Source: Limnochordia bacterium (lineage in GTDB: Bacteria; Bacillota; Limnochordia; Darwinibacteriales; Darwinibacteriaceae). Taken from it: a stretch of 64,000 nt of DNA. The stretch spans positions 65,112-129,111 of the forward strand of contig JBMNKP010000002.1 of assembly GCA_050952265.1 (NCBI GenBank), in the 5' to 3' direction. Of this stretch, positions 47,945-57,163 are shown piece by piece. The position numbers and the translations under genes are program-made. Under the pieces are notes generated by a model. It did no database searches and had not been told where the DNA came from. It saw only the letters and a list, made by a program, of their open reading frames with translations. The stretch's first letter is position 1, and the number at the start of each line of letters is the position of its first letter.

Positions 47945-49426
47945 ATGGAAAAGTTTGACGTTTTTTCCCATATTGCGGAGCGGACCGCTGGAAGCATCTA
48001 CGTAGGCGTGGTGGGCCCCGTTCGGACGGGGAAGTCCACTTTTATCAAGCGCTTCATGGACTTATTCGTCATGCCCAACATAACGGACGTTTATCTCAAG
48101 GAGCGGACCAGGGATGAGCTGCCTCAAAGCGGGGCAGGGCGGACCATCACAACGACTGAGCCCAAGTTCGTGCCTGACGACCCGGTGGAGATCACCTTTG
48201 TGGAGAACATCAAGGCTAGGATCCGCCTTGTGGACTGCGTGGGCTACACGGTCGAAGGTGCCAAGGGTTATGAGGATGAGAGCGGTCCCCGGCTGGTACG
48301 GACCCCCTGGTTTGAGCACCCGATCCCTTTTCAGGAAGCCGCGGAACTGGGCACCCGCAGGGTGATCAACGAGCACTCCACGATCGGCTTGGTTGTCACC
48401 ACCGATGGATCCATCGCTGACCTGCCTCGCAGTGAGTATGAGGAACCGGAAAGCCGGGTGATCGAGGAGCTCCAGGCTCTGGGCAAACCCTTTGTTGTTG
48501 CCCTCAACTCAGCGCACCCGAGCAGCCCCGAGACTCAGGCTCTGGCTCAGCGCCTGCGGGAGATGTATTCGGTTACCGTTGTGCCCCTTGACTGCCTGCG
48601 CATGACCCACGACGACATCCTGCGCCTCTTTGCCGAGGTGCTTCTGGAATTCCCCCTGCGGGAGTTCAACGTCCGTCTGCCCAAATGGGTGCGAGAACTG
48701 AAGGCTGATCACTGGCTGCGGCAGCTCTATGAAGAACTCGCATGGGAAACGGTGCTGCGCCTAAAAAAGGTCAAAGACGTGCAGCAGCTGGCGGTGGGGA
48801 GATTTGAGGCCTCTGAGTATGTTCAGGCAGTGCAGGTGGAAGCCCTCGATCTGGGTACGGGACGGGCTACCCTCGCAATCAACCTGCAGAGCCAGCTCTT
48901 TTACAACATCCTGGCCGAGATGACGGGCCTCGAGGTGGAAGGTGATCACCACCTCATGCGGCTGATGCAGGATTTGACTGCGGCCAAACGGGAGTACGAC
49001 AAAATCGCGGCAGCTCTCCAGCATGTGCGAGAAACTGGTTACGGCATCGTCATTCCCAGTCTGGAAGACATCACCTTCGAGCAGCCCGAGCTGATCAAGC
49101 AGGGACGCAACTTCGGCATCAAGCTGACAGCCAGTGCGCCTTCGATTCACATGGTTCAGGCCAGTATCCAGACTGAGGTTACCCCCTTTGTGGGAACGGA
49201 GAAACAGGGTGAGGAACTGATCCGCTCCCTGACCGAGGAGTTCGAGCGGGATCCGAACGTACTGTGGGAACGGGATTTCCTGGGCAGATCCCTTCAAGAC
49301 CTGGTTCGGGAGGGGATCAACAGCAAGCTCTACCGCATGCCTGAACACGCACAGGAGAAGCTGCAGGAGACCTTGAGCAAGATCATCAACGAAGGCAGCG
49401 GCGGCTTGATCTGCATCATCCTCTAA
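47945..49426 (+). CDS. spoIVA: Stage IV sporulation protein A
   Basis: The N-terminal Walker A reads [19 protein letters not shown] and the protein is conserved over its full length. ATG 47945 follows AGGAGGGG. Confidence 0.9.
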   Translation: MEKFDVFSHIAERTAGSIYVGVVGPVRTGKSTFIKRFMDLFVMPNITDVYLKERTRDELPQSGAGRTITTTEPKFVPDDPVEITFVENIKARIRLVDCVGYTVEGAKGYEDESGPRLVRTPWFEHPIPFQEAAELGTRRVINEHSTIGLVVTTDGSIADLPRSEYEEPESRVIEELQALGKPFVVALNSAHPSSPETQALAQRLREMYSVTVVPLDCLRMTHDDILRLFAEVLLEFPLREFNVRLPKWVRELKADHWLRQLYEELAWETVLRLKKVKDVQQLAVGRFEASEYVQAVQVEALDLGTGRATLAINLQSQLFYNILAEMTGLEVEGDHHLMRLMQDLTAAKREYDKIAAALQHVRETGYGIVIPSLEDITFEQPELIKQGRNFGIKLTASAPSIHMVQASIQTEVTPFVGTEKQGEELIRSLTEEFERDPNVLWERDFLGRSLQDLVREGINSKLYRMPEHAQEKLQETLSKIINEGSGGLICIIL

Positions 49427-49539
49427 ACAGCAGGCTTAAGCAGGTGGGAGCAGAGTTGTTCTCACCTTTTTTACTGCCCATTTATTGTTACCTCTGCCTG
49501 CTATATGTTATCTTAATATCAGGTGAGGGGGCAGAAGAC

Positions 49540-50757
49540 ATGGGCGTAGTTGTTCAAAAATACGGTGGTTCATCGGTAGCTGACACCGAACGAGTTATGG
49601 CTGTCGCCCGCCGGGTGGTGGAAACGGCCAGGCAGGGGCATCAAGTGGTGGTCGTGGTCTCTGCACAGGGAAAGACCACGGACATGCTTATCGCCAAGGC
49701 CAAAGAAATCTCCAAGAATCCACCCAAGCGTGAGCTGGACATGCTTCTGGCCACAGGGGAACAGGCTTCCATAGCCCTCCTGGCCATGGCAATAGACTCT
49801 CTGGGTGAACCGGTGATCTCGCTCACCGGGCCGCAGGGCGGGATTCTTACTGACACGCAGCATACCAAGGCGCGGATCCGAATGGTGGACGGCGCCCGTA
49901 TCAAGACAGAACTGGAAAAGGGACAGGTAGTGATCGTCGCGGGGTTTCAGGGCCTGACTCCCAACAACGACATCGCCACCCTGGGTCGAGGCGGGTCAGA
50001 CACGACGGCGGTGGCTGTGGCCGCAGCTCTCGATGCTGACGTCTGCGAGATCTACACGGATGTGGATGGAGTGTACAGTGCCGACCCCCGCATAGTGCCT
50101 GAAGCCAGAAAGCTTAGGGTTATCGACTACGGAGAAATGTTGGAGCTCGCCTTTCAGGGTGCCAAGGTTCTGCAGCCCAGGTCGGTGGAGGTCGCGGCCG
50201 TTTATGGGGTGACCATCCACGTGCGTTCGAGCTTCTCCAACGATGAAGGGACTCTGGTGAAAGAGGTGGACTCATTGGAACGGGAAATCACGGTGACAGG
50301 CGTAGCCTCCGATGAGAACTGGGCGAAGGTTACGGTGGCGGGAATCCCCAGCGACGTTGGTACGCTGCATCATATCTTTGCCTCCCTGGCCAAGGCCGGT
50401 GTCAATGTGGACATGATCGTCCAAGCCGCTGCCGCAAAGGGCACAACTCATCTCAGCTTTACCGTTACCAGGGAAGACCTGGACGAAGCGCTGAGCACCA
50501 TCGCCAAGATGAAGTCTGATCAGGATTGGGAAATCTTCGCCGACGACAATGTGGCCAAGGTGTCCATCGTCGGTGCAGGGATGATGACCAACCCCGGCGT
50601 GGCTGCCCGGATGTTTGAGGCGCTTACCGAAGCCAACATCCCCGTCTCTGTGGTGTCCACATCGGAGATCAAGGTATCCTGCCTGATCCCCCGGGAGCGG
50701 CATATCGAGGCTGTAAGGGCGCTGCACAAGAAATTTGAGCTAGACGCTGGGAAGTGA
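49540..50757 (+). CDS. Aspartate kinase
   Basis: The translation has [10 protein letters not shown] and two C-terminal ACT domains. ATG 49540 follows GGTGAGGGGG; the track ORF has a spurious N-terminal extension. Confidence 0.9.
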   Translation: MGVVVQKYGGSSVADTERVMAVARRVVETARQGHQVVVVVSAQGKTTDMLIAKAKEISKNPPKRELDMLLATGEQASIALLAMAIDSLGEPVISLTGPQGGILTDTQHTKARIRMVDGARIKTELEKGQVVIVAGFQGLTPNNDIATLGRGGSDTTAVAVAAALDADVCEIYTDVDGVYSADPRIVPEARKLRVIDYGEMLELAFQGAKVLQPRSVEVAAVYGVTIHVRSSFSNDEGTLVKEVDSLEREITVTGVASDENWAKVTVAGIPSDVGTLHHIFASLAKAGVNVDMIVQAAAAKGTTHLSFTVTREDLDEALSTIAKMKSDQDWEIFADDNVAKVSIVGAGMMTNPGVAARMFEALTEANIPVSVVSTSEIKVSCLIPRERHIEAVRALHKKFELDAGK

Positions 50758-50798
50758 CTTGCCTTTTGCCGTGAAACGTGGTATTCTTATAAATGCGT

Positions 50799-50876
50799 CG
50801 GGGCGTGGCGCAGTTTGGCTAGCGCGCTACCTTGGGGTGGTAGAGGTCGCCTGTTCAAATCAGGTCGCCCCGACCA
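50799..50876 (+). tRNA. tRNA-Pro (anticodon GGG)
   Basis: The cloverleaf has a 7-bp acceptor stem cggggcg/cgccccg, the anticodon stem ctacc/ggtag with loop ttGGGgt, the T-arm gcctg-ttcaaat-caggt, and a 3' ACCA. Confidence 0.85.
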
Positions 50877-50878
50877 TT
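50832..50878 (+). repeat. attL core: 47-bp direct repeat, the 3' half of tRNA-Pro (copy 1)
   Basis: The sequence ttggggtggtagaggtcgcctgttcaaatcaggtcgccccgaccatt is identical to 52757-52803. Confidence 0.8.
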
Positions 50879-50903
50879 GTTTTCAGAGATTCGGATCCGC
50901 CAG

Positions 50904-50924
50904 GTCAAGCAAAAAGTCAAGCAA
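50904..50924 (+). repeat. Tandem GTCAAGCAA repeats (candidate integrase arm-type sites) near attL
   Basis: The sequence is gtcaagcaa-aaa-gtcaagcaa. The same 9-mer is repeated at 52578-52600. Confidence 0.5.
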
Positions 50925-50968
50925 TAGAAATTCAAAAAAACGGCCCTCTCATGTCGAGAGGGCTTCTG

Positions 50969-51883
50969 TTATTCTATGGCAAGATGGGAGTCCAGTTTGT
51001 CTACCGCCGAGCGTTTGACATCCTGAGATACATGTGAGTAGATGTTGGCCGTTGTAGTGATGTCTGCGTGGCCCAATAGCTCTTGCACCACCTTCAAGTT
51101 CTCGCCTTCCTCAAGCAGCCGGGTGGCGAAGGTATGGCGCAGAGCATGTATGTTTGCCTCTACCCCGGCTAACTGACAGATCCTTTTGAAGCGGCGAAAG
51201 AATTGCGGGTACTGCACATGTTTTCCTGTGCTGGTGCGAAAGACGATGTTTTTGCTCTTATCCAAGTGAATCAACTTCTGCTCTTCCTTGAGCTTCTTGA
51301 GTTCCGTTGCCACAACGCCCGGCATAGGGACGGTTCGTTTGGACTTGTATGTTTTTGGATCTGTTATTTCATACCCTCCGCTGACTCTTGACACGCCTTG
51401 CTCCACTCGGATCTCCCTTTTCACCAGATCGATGTGATGCCACTCCAAAGCAAGCAGCTCCCCGACTCGCAGGCCGGTACCGACAAGGGTGAGCATGGCC
51501 GCCTTCCACCGTTGCTGTTCCTCTGCGTAAACCTCTTTCAAGAATGACTCCAGGGCCTCGTCGTTCAGCGGTTTTATTTTCTTGTGCCTAATGCTTGGCC
51601 GCTCCGTGGCCTTGGCCGGGTTGACGTGAATGTCACCTTTTTCCACTGCTTTGTTCAAGCAGCTGTTGATTATGGAGTGTACCTTGCCTATGCTGGCAGA
51701 GGACATTCCGTTCTCCAGCATGGTGACGTACACTCGCTGGATGTCATCGGTGGTCAGATCCGACAGCTTGATATGCCCCACCACCGGCCGGACTGGGGGT
51801 TTTTGCAAGTTGAAGTGTACGAGGCCGACTGAACCTAAGCCCCACCAAAACGGTGGGGTTTTTCTTTGACAGGATTTTAACAC
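50969..51883 (-). CDS. Tyrosine site-specific recombinase (phage-type integrase), possibly N-terminally truncated
   Basis: The catalytic domain has R..HALRHTFATRLLEEG..LLGHADITTTANIYSHV (R, H-x-x-R, Y) and a core-binding domain is present. It starts at GTG with no SD and is only 304 aa. A strong minus-strand terminator lies at 50938-50966. Confidence 0.85.
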   Translation of the reverse strand: MLKSCQRKTPPFWWGLGSVGLVHFNLQKPPVRPVVGHIKLSDLTTDDIQRVYVTMLENGMSSASIGKVHSIINSCLNKAVEKGDIHVNPAKATERPSIRHKKIKPLNDEALESFLKEVYAEEQQRWKAAMLTLVGTGLRVGELLALEWHHIDLVKREIRVEQGVSRVSGGYEITDPKTYKSKRTVPMPGVVATELKKLKEEQKLIHLDKSKNIVFRTSTGKHVQYPQFFRRFKRICQLAGVEANIHALRHTFATRLLEEGENLKVVQELLGHADITTTANIYSHVSQDVKRSAVDKLDSHLAIE

Positions 51884-51923
51884 TTTGTGTGGAAATGGTT
51901 GGCAAAAAGGAGGCGATGCTGTG

Positions 51924-52556
51924 AAAAGAATCTTGTTGGCATGTCTAGTATTGTTGGCCCTGGCCGGGGTGACGTCTGCTGTACCCTATCCCTACAAAGA
52001 CTATGACTTGCCTACGACTGGTGACCTGGCAGCCATTGAGGAAGAAGTGCGGGATAGGTACACCGTCTATGCACGTTCTGAGACTGGGTCGTTCCATTCA
52101 TGGAGCTCCATATCCTGTGCAACACTGCGAGCCCCAGAACTCATGGATGCAGGACTGAACCATACCGCCAGGCAGCAGTTCCTGACCGAACAGGAGAAGA
52201 AAGACGAGAGGGAAAAGCAGTTCAAGCTGTTTGTTGACGATGTACTGTCGTTTACGCTTGTGCTGTTTTCCAGCCCATCTGCCAACGAAGGTTATCGTTA
52301 CGTTGAGGTAGACAGCCCCCTATCGTCCATCTCCCGGGTCGTCCTGGAAACAAGTCACGGTGAGATCTTCCAACCTTCTTTTGTCTACTCGGTAGATAGC
52401 AAATACATAGACGGACGGTGGTGGGGGTTCAACGGATTGCAGTTCCCCCGCTACGCAGATGGTAAGCAGATAATCAACGAAGAAACAGAGTGGGTTAGGC
52501 TGTGGGTGATTGCTGGCACGAATCGGATCTACTTCCACTTTGATTTTGAACACTGA
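51924..52556 (+). CDS. Secreted hypothetical protein (island cargo)
   Basis: GTG 51924 follows AAAGGAGG. The signal peptide is VKRILLACLVLLALAGVTSA; no recognizable domain was found. Confidence 0.5.
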   Translation, partial: KRILLACLVLLALAGVTSAVPYPYKDYDLPTTGDLAAIEEEVRDRYTVYARSETGSFHSWSSISCATLRAPELMDAGLNHTARQQFLTEQEKKDEREKQFKLFVDDVLSFTLVLFSSPSANEGYRYVEVDSPLSSISRVVLETSHGEIFQPSFVYSVDSKYIDGRWWGFNGLQFPRYADGKQIINEETEWVRLWVIAGTNRIYFHFDFEH

Positions 52557-52560
52557 GAGG

Positions 52561-52583
52561 GCACCCGCGAGGGTGCTTTTTTT
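52561..52583 (+). terminator. Rho-independent terminator after the cargo gene
   Basis: The hairpin gcaccc-gcga-gggtgc is followed by TTTTTTT. Confidence 0.75.
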
Positions 52584-52600
52584 GTGGGTCAAGCAACAGG
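52578..52600 (+). repeat. Tandem GTCAAGCAACAG repeats (candidate arm-type sites) near attR
   Basis: The 12-mer gtcaagcaacag occurs twice in tandem and shares the GTCAAGCAA core with 50904-50924. Confidence 0.5.
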
Positions 52601-52756
52601 TCAAGCAACAGGGTGCGTAAGCGGTAGGACGAGATAGGGCAAAACGGGAATGGAAACAAGAAAGCAGACTCACAAACAGGCTCCAGTAGGGCGTTACAGG
52701 AACCGCCAGTATGATGCGGGAATGGTGTTATCAGAATTGGGGTGGTAGAGGTCGCC

Positions 52757-52803
52757 TGTTCAAATCAGGTCGCCCCGACCATTTTTTTACTCACTAGCTG
52801 CTG
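52757..52803 (+). repeat. attR core: 47-bp direct repeat of the tRNA-Pro 3' half (copy 2, no 5' half)
   Basis: It is identical to 50832-50878. The preceding sequence cannot form the acceptor or D arms. Confidence 0.8.
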
Positions 52804-52862
52804 ATCCGGGCAGCGGCTCACGCAAGTGATCAGCGTGTTCAGAACCCTCTCAGGACGAGAGG

Positions 52863-52889
52863 GTTTTTTGGCACCCAGGAATCGGTGAC
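52863..52889 (+). terminator. Rho-independent terminator downstream of attR (probably the ancestral tRNA-Pro terminator)
   Basis: The hairpin ccctctc-aggac-gagaggg is followed by TTTTTT. Confidence 0.7.
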
Positions 52890-53038
52890 CGCGCCTTGGC
52901 GGGTGCGTCTCTGGCTGATTTGTGTTATAATTCTAAGGGCTGAAGACTGGCACGCCTGTCGCCGATAAGGCAGGATCAAAGCGAAGTTTTGCCAAATACT
53001 CCTAAGGGATTTCTCCCTGATGAACGCGGAGAGAGGGG

Positions 53039-54391
53039 ATGCCATTGCTGACGAAAACGATCTCTGCGGTGCTGCTGGTGCTGTTCCTCCAAGCGCCGCC
53101 AGTGTCAGCCTCTTTCACGGCAGCAGCAGAACCCGAGCTGTACGGGGCCCAGGTACTTGTGGCGGACCTGCACGGGCTGGGGACACAGTCGCTGCTTCTG
53201 GGAAAAGATCAAGGCGTGTTTGTCCTCGAGAACGGCGAGCAGCGGCAGATTTTGGAGGTTTCCGGGCGCGTGACCGCTTTAGCTGTTGGCGATCTCACCG
53301 GTGATTTCCGCCCAGATCTTGCCGTCGGGACCGAGGGGGTCGGGGCGCTGTACCTCTACACTGAGCGTGATGGCACCTGGGAGAGGCATGGCCACGCCCA
53401 GTATCTCTGGGACACCGTTGTACGGCTGGGCATATACGATTTCAACAATGATGGTTGGGGTGATGTAGCGGCATTGACGGACAAGGGAGAGGTGTATGTC
53501 TATCTCTCCCGCGAAGGAAGTCTTTTTCCTCTCTGGAGAAGCCCCGCCGGTGAACACGTGGTAGGATTCGAAGTCCTGGATGTGGACGGGAGCGGGAATC
53601 CCGAATTCATCTTTGCCCTGCGTTCTGGCTATGTAGCAGCCCTCACCTGGGGAGAAGAAGAATTTGTGACCCTGTGGGAAAACTATCCTTGGGGAGCAGT
53701 GGAAAGCCTGGTTGCCATCCCCCATCCTTCGGCCCCAGAATGGTTGGTGGTCACCAGTCAGAAGATGCTCTATGGTTGGCGCTGGCAGAACGGGGAAGTG
53801 GTGCCCAGCAGGGCCTTTGAAGCCAAAGCCCTGGGAGAACACCTGGTATACATACCCCAACAGGGCCTGCTCAGTCTCTCTGGTTCCACAGGTGTATCCC
53901 TCTTTGAGCTGCAGTCAGCAGCCGTTGTAGAGAAATGGAGAGTGCCTGGCCTGCTGGCAGACAGTGCATTTTTCTATCAAGGAGAGTTTTACGTTCACGA
54001 CAGGACAAACGCCTACTTGAGGTTGGTGGAAGGCACACCTCAGTGGCGCCTCTTCGTGTACGAAACCGAGGTAACCGGTTTTGTAGATATCCTTGTAAGG
54101 GAAGGGGAGGTCTACGCCAACCTTTTGGAGCTGGCACCGGTTTTGGGACTGACTGTTGAACTTGATGACGGCTGGCAGGTGATGGGGGCAAAGGGGCAGA
54201 TCACCCTCTGGTCTGATAGGGCAGTCCTACGATGGAACGAGATGCAGATTCCTCTGAGCCGGCCCCTGCTGGAGGAAGGAGGGGTTCCTTTCGTGCCCCT
54301 GGACGTTCTACCTCTATTGGGCTGGACTGTTCAGGTAGACTCCCTGCGCCAGCTGCTGGTTTTCCTGGAGACCTGGGGTTGGTGGATCTAG
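53039..54391 (+). CDS. Secreted FG-GAP/VCBS-repeat beta-propeller protein with C-terminal copper-amine-oxidase-N-like domain
   Basis: A signal peptide is followed by repeated DxDGDG-like motifs (DLTGDFRPDLAVG, DFNNDGWGDVAAL, DVDGSGNPEFIF). An extended -10 (TGTGTTATAAT) lies about 100 nt upstream. Confidence 0.65.
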   Translation: MPLLTKTISAVLLVLFLQAPPVSASFTAAAEPELYGAQVLVADLHGLGTQSLLLGKDQGVFVLENGEQRQILEVSGRVTALAVGDLTGDFRPDLAVGTEGVGALYLYTERDGTWERHGHAQYLWDTVVRLGIYDFNNDGWGDVAALTDKGEVYVYLSREGSLFPLWRSPAGEHVVGFEVLDVDGSGNPEFIFALRSGYVAALTWGEEEFVTLWENYPWGAVESLVAIPHPSAPEWLVVTSQKMLYGWRWQNGEVVPSRAFEAKALGEHLVYIPQQGLLSLSGSTGVSLFELQSAAVVEKWRVPGLLADSAFFYQGEFYVHDRTNAYLRLVEGTPQWRLFVYETEVTGFVDILVREGEVYANLLELAPVLGLTVELDDGWQVMGAKGQITLWSDRAVLRWNEMQIPLSRPLLEEGGVPFVPLDVLPLLGWTVQVDSLRQLLVFLETWGWWI

Positions 54392-54508
54392 AGGGGGCAC
54401 CTTTTCTCGCCGTTAGGAAGGAAATTGTGACGAACTTGTTGAATGTAGGCGAGGTATAAAAGACATAAACAGATCCAACTGATGGGTTCATTAAGAGGAG
54501 GAGAATGT

Positions 54509-56578
54509 GTGAAGGAATACGGAACAGAGTTCTTGCGCAATGTGGCCTTGGTAGGTCACGGTGGTTCGGGAAAGACCTCTTTGGCCGAAGCCATGCTGTT
54601 TGTCGCCAAAGCCACGACCAGGCTGGGCAGAGTAGATGACGGGACAACGGTGATGGACTTTGACGCAGAGGAAACGCGCCGCCAGATTTCGATCAATACC
54701 GCTCTTGCGCCCGCTGAGTGGAAGAATCATAAAATAAACATTCTGGATACCCCCGGCTATTTTGACTTCGTGGGCGATGTGATCGCAGCCCTCACCGTTG
54801 CCGACTCAGCGTTGATGGTTGTCTGCGCTTCCTCCGGCGTGGAAGTTGGGACTGAGAAGAACTGGACGCACCTGGAAGACATCGGTCTGCCGCGCAGCGT
54901 CTTTGTGAACAAGATGGACAGAGAAAATGCCAATTTCGGCAAGGTAGTCGAACAGCTGCGCAGTTTCTTCGGCCCGAAACTGGTGCCGGTGCAGCTGCCC
55001 ATCGGTGAAGCGGATACGTTCCGCGGGATCGTGGATCTGGTGGCAATGAAGGCCTACTTCAAAGAGGGCGACGGCTTCAAGGAAGGGCCTGTCCCGGCTG
55101 AGATGCAGTCCGAAGTGGAAACGGCCCGCGAGGAGATGATCGAGGCCGCTTCGGTTGCCGATGAAGAACTGATGATGAAGTATCTGGAGGGTGAATCCCT
55201 CACCGACGAAGAGGTCGAAAAGGCCGTTCGTTTGGGAACACAGACTGGTGAATTGGTGCCAATCCTCTGCGGAAGCGCTGCCTCCACATTCGGCGTTGCT
55301 CTTCTCAACGATCACATCGTGCGCTGCATGCCTTCTCCGGCGAACCGCAGCGTTCCCGGTAAGAACGGGGCGGGAGAAGAGATCACCATCAGCACCTCTG
55401 ACAAAGACCTGGCCGCTCTGGTGTTCAAGACCATGGCCGACCCCTATGTCGGCAAACTCACCCTGTTCAGAGTCTTTTCGGGAACCATGCGTTCGGACAG
55501 CACCTGCTACAATGTGCGCACGGGGCGTGACGAGCGCATTGGCCAGCTGTTCCTGATAAAGGGCAAGGAGCAGATCGCGGTGAGCAAGGTCGGCCCGGGC
55601 GATCTCGGCGCAGTGGCCAAACTGCAGGAGACGACGACCAATGACACCCTGACCACGCGCGAAGGCAAGATCACCATCAACCCCATCGCCTTCCCGAAAC
55701 CCAATATGATCCTGGCCATTCAGCCGAAGGCCAAGGGTGATGAGGACAAGATCGCTTCTGCCCTCGGCAGGCTGTCAGAAGAAGACCCCACGATCAAAGT
55801 GGAGAGAAGGACCGATACCGGCCAGAACTTGATCCACGGCATGGGCGATGTGCACATTGAAGTGATCACCAGCCGCCTGCAGAAAAAGTTCGGGGTTGAA
55901 GTGGACCTGAGCACACCGGTCGTCCCGTACCGTGAGACTATCCGCGGACGGTCGAAGGCGGAAGGAAAACACAAGAAGCAGACCGGCGGCCGCGGCCAGT
56001 ATGGCCATGTCTGGCTGGAAGTGATGCCGGCTGATCCCGACGCAGAAGAACGTTTGGTGTTTGAGGACAACATCTTCGGCGGTGCCGTGCCCCGCAACTA
56101 CATCCCTGCCGTAGAAAAAGGGCTGAGGGAGATTCTCGACGACGGTCCTCTGGCTGGCTATCCGGTTGAGGGCGTCAAGGTTTCGCTCTTTGACGGTTCT
56201 TACCATCCCGTTGACTCTTCAGAAATGGCCTTTAAGATTGCAGCCGGCCTGGCTTTCCGAAAGGGTTTCTTGGACGCCAACCCCGTTCTGCTGGAGCCGA
56301 TCATGAACGTGGAGATCACCGTTCCCGAAGCGTTCATGGGCGATGTTATGGGCGATTTGAACAAAAAGCGCGGCAGGATCCTTGGTATGGAGCCCAGGGG
56401 CGGTATGCAGGTCATCAAGGCGCAGGTCCCCATGGCCGAGATGTTCAAGTATGCCATTGACCTTCGTTCCATGACCCAAGGCCGCGGTTCCTTCACCTCC
56501 GAGTTCAGCCATTATGAGGAGGTTCCGACCCAGATCGCTGAACAGGTGATCGCCGAGGCGAAGAAAAAGGACGAATAA
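54509..56578 (+). CDS. Elongation factor G paralog (EF-G family GTPase)
   Basis: The G domain has GHGGSGKTSL, DTPGY and NKMD, and domains II-V are present. GTG 54509 follows AGGAGGAG. Confidence 0.85.
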   Translation: MKEYGTEFLRNVALVGHGGSGKTSLAEAMLFVAKATTRLGRVDDGTTVMDFDAEETRRQISINTALAPAEWKNHKINILDTPGYFDFVGDVIAALTVADSALMVVCASSGVEVGTEKNWTHLEDIGLPRSVFVNKMDRENANFGKVVEQLRSFFGPKLVPVQLPIGEADTFRGIVDLVAMKAYFKEGDGFKEGPVPAEMQSEVETAREEMIEAASVADEELMMKYLEGESLTDEEVEKAVRLGTQTGELVPILCGSAASTFGVALLNDHIVRCMPSPANRSVPGKNGAGEEITISTSDKDLAALVFKTMADPYVGKLTLFRVFSGTMRSDSTCYNVRTGRDERIGQLFLIKGKEQIAVSKVGPGDLGAVAKLQETTTNDTLTTREGKITINPIAFPKPNMILAIQPKAKGDEDKIASALGRLSEEDPTIKVERRTDTGQNLIHGMGDVHIEVITSRLQKKFGVEVDLSTPVVPYRETIRGRSKAEGKHKKQTGGRGQYGHVWLEVMPADPDAEERLVFEDNIFGGAVPRNYIPAVEKGLREILDDGPLAGYPVEGVKVSLFDGSYHPVDSSEMAFKIAAGLAFRKGFLDANPVLLEPIMNVEITVPEAFMGDVMGDLNKKRGRILGMEPRGGMQVIKAQVPMAEMFKYAIDLRSMTQGRGSFTSEFSHYEEVPTQIAEQVIAEAKKKDE

Positions 56579-56598
56579 CGGCTTACGCTGGTCCTGAA

Positions 56599-56626
56599 TG
56601 CAGCCCCCAGGGGCTGCATATTTTTC
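56599..56626 (+). terminator. Rho-independent terminator after the EF-G paralog
   Basis: The hairpin tgcagcccc-ca-ggggctgca is followed by TATTTTTCTT. Confidence 0.8.
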
Positions 56627-56650
56627 TTCCGGCGGCATAGGTTTTACCGG

Positions 56651-57052
56651 GTGATCGTGACCATGAGGAAGAATAACCTCGATGCCGCCAGGGTGAAGCT
56701 GCAGCCTCTTGCTGTACTTCAGGGCGTGGCGTTAGCCTTTGGCCTGCTCCTGCTGATTGCCCTTGCCTTGGCGCTCGCCGTCTTCTTCACTACCTGGCAG
56801 GCCACGCCTCGACTCCTGAACCTACTCGCCCATCTTGCAGTGGTGGCCGGAGCCTTCTGGGCAGGTAAACGGTGCCTGCGTTGGGCATGGCTGCATGGAG
56901 TTGTAGTTGGACTCGCAGCATTCCTTCTTTTCGGGCTGTTGAGTTCGGCGCGCCAACCCCTGCTCAGCTGGCTTTGGTGGCAGAGAATGCTTCGCATGGT
57001 TCTTGCCGCCATGTTTGGCGGGATGCTCGGCGGTCTGGGCCGCAAGGTCTGA
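56651..57052 (+). CDS. Small hydrophobic membrane protein (4 TM)
   Basis: The 133-aa protein is entirely hydrophobic and no motif was recognized. Confidence 0.4.
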   Translation: MIVTMRKNNLDAARVKLQPLAVLQGVALAFGLLLLIALALALAVFFTTWQATPRLLNLLAHLAVVAGAFWAGKRCLRWAWLHGVVVGLAAFLLFGLLSSARQPLLSWLWWQRMLRMVLAAMFGGMLGGLGRKV

Positions 57053-57163
57053 ACCGCAGTGAGAAAAATTACCGGTTCGCAGGACTAGGTGCTTGCTTAG
57101 CGAAAGAGATATAATTGATCAAGTGCAGCGAATCTTGCCAGGGAAGGAGCAGTCTTGCCCGAC

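Larger units (their letters stand above)
50877..52803 (+). mobile_element. Small integrated element/remnant inserted at the 3' end of tRNA-Pro
   Basis: It is bounded by perfect 47-bp direct repeats of the tRNA 3' half. It contains an integrase, arm-type repeats and one cargo gene. Confidence 0.65.

Noticed and set aside
49427-49539. Lysine riboswitch (L-box) upstream of aspartokinase
   Set aside because: The leader is only about 110 nt, too short for an L-box, and no conserved L-box helices were recognized. It holds only a terminator-like hairpin for spoIVA and a promoter-like stretch.
51841-51870. Standalone + strand terminator assigned to a + strand gene
   Set aside because: No + strand gene ends nearby and the hairpin lies inside the integrase 5' region. 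It is kept only as supporting evidence that the integrase is truncated.
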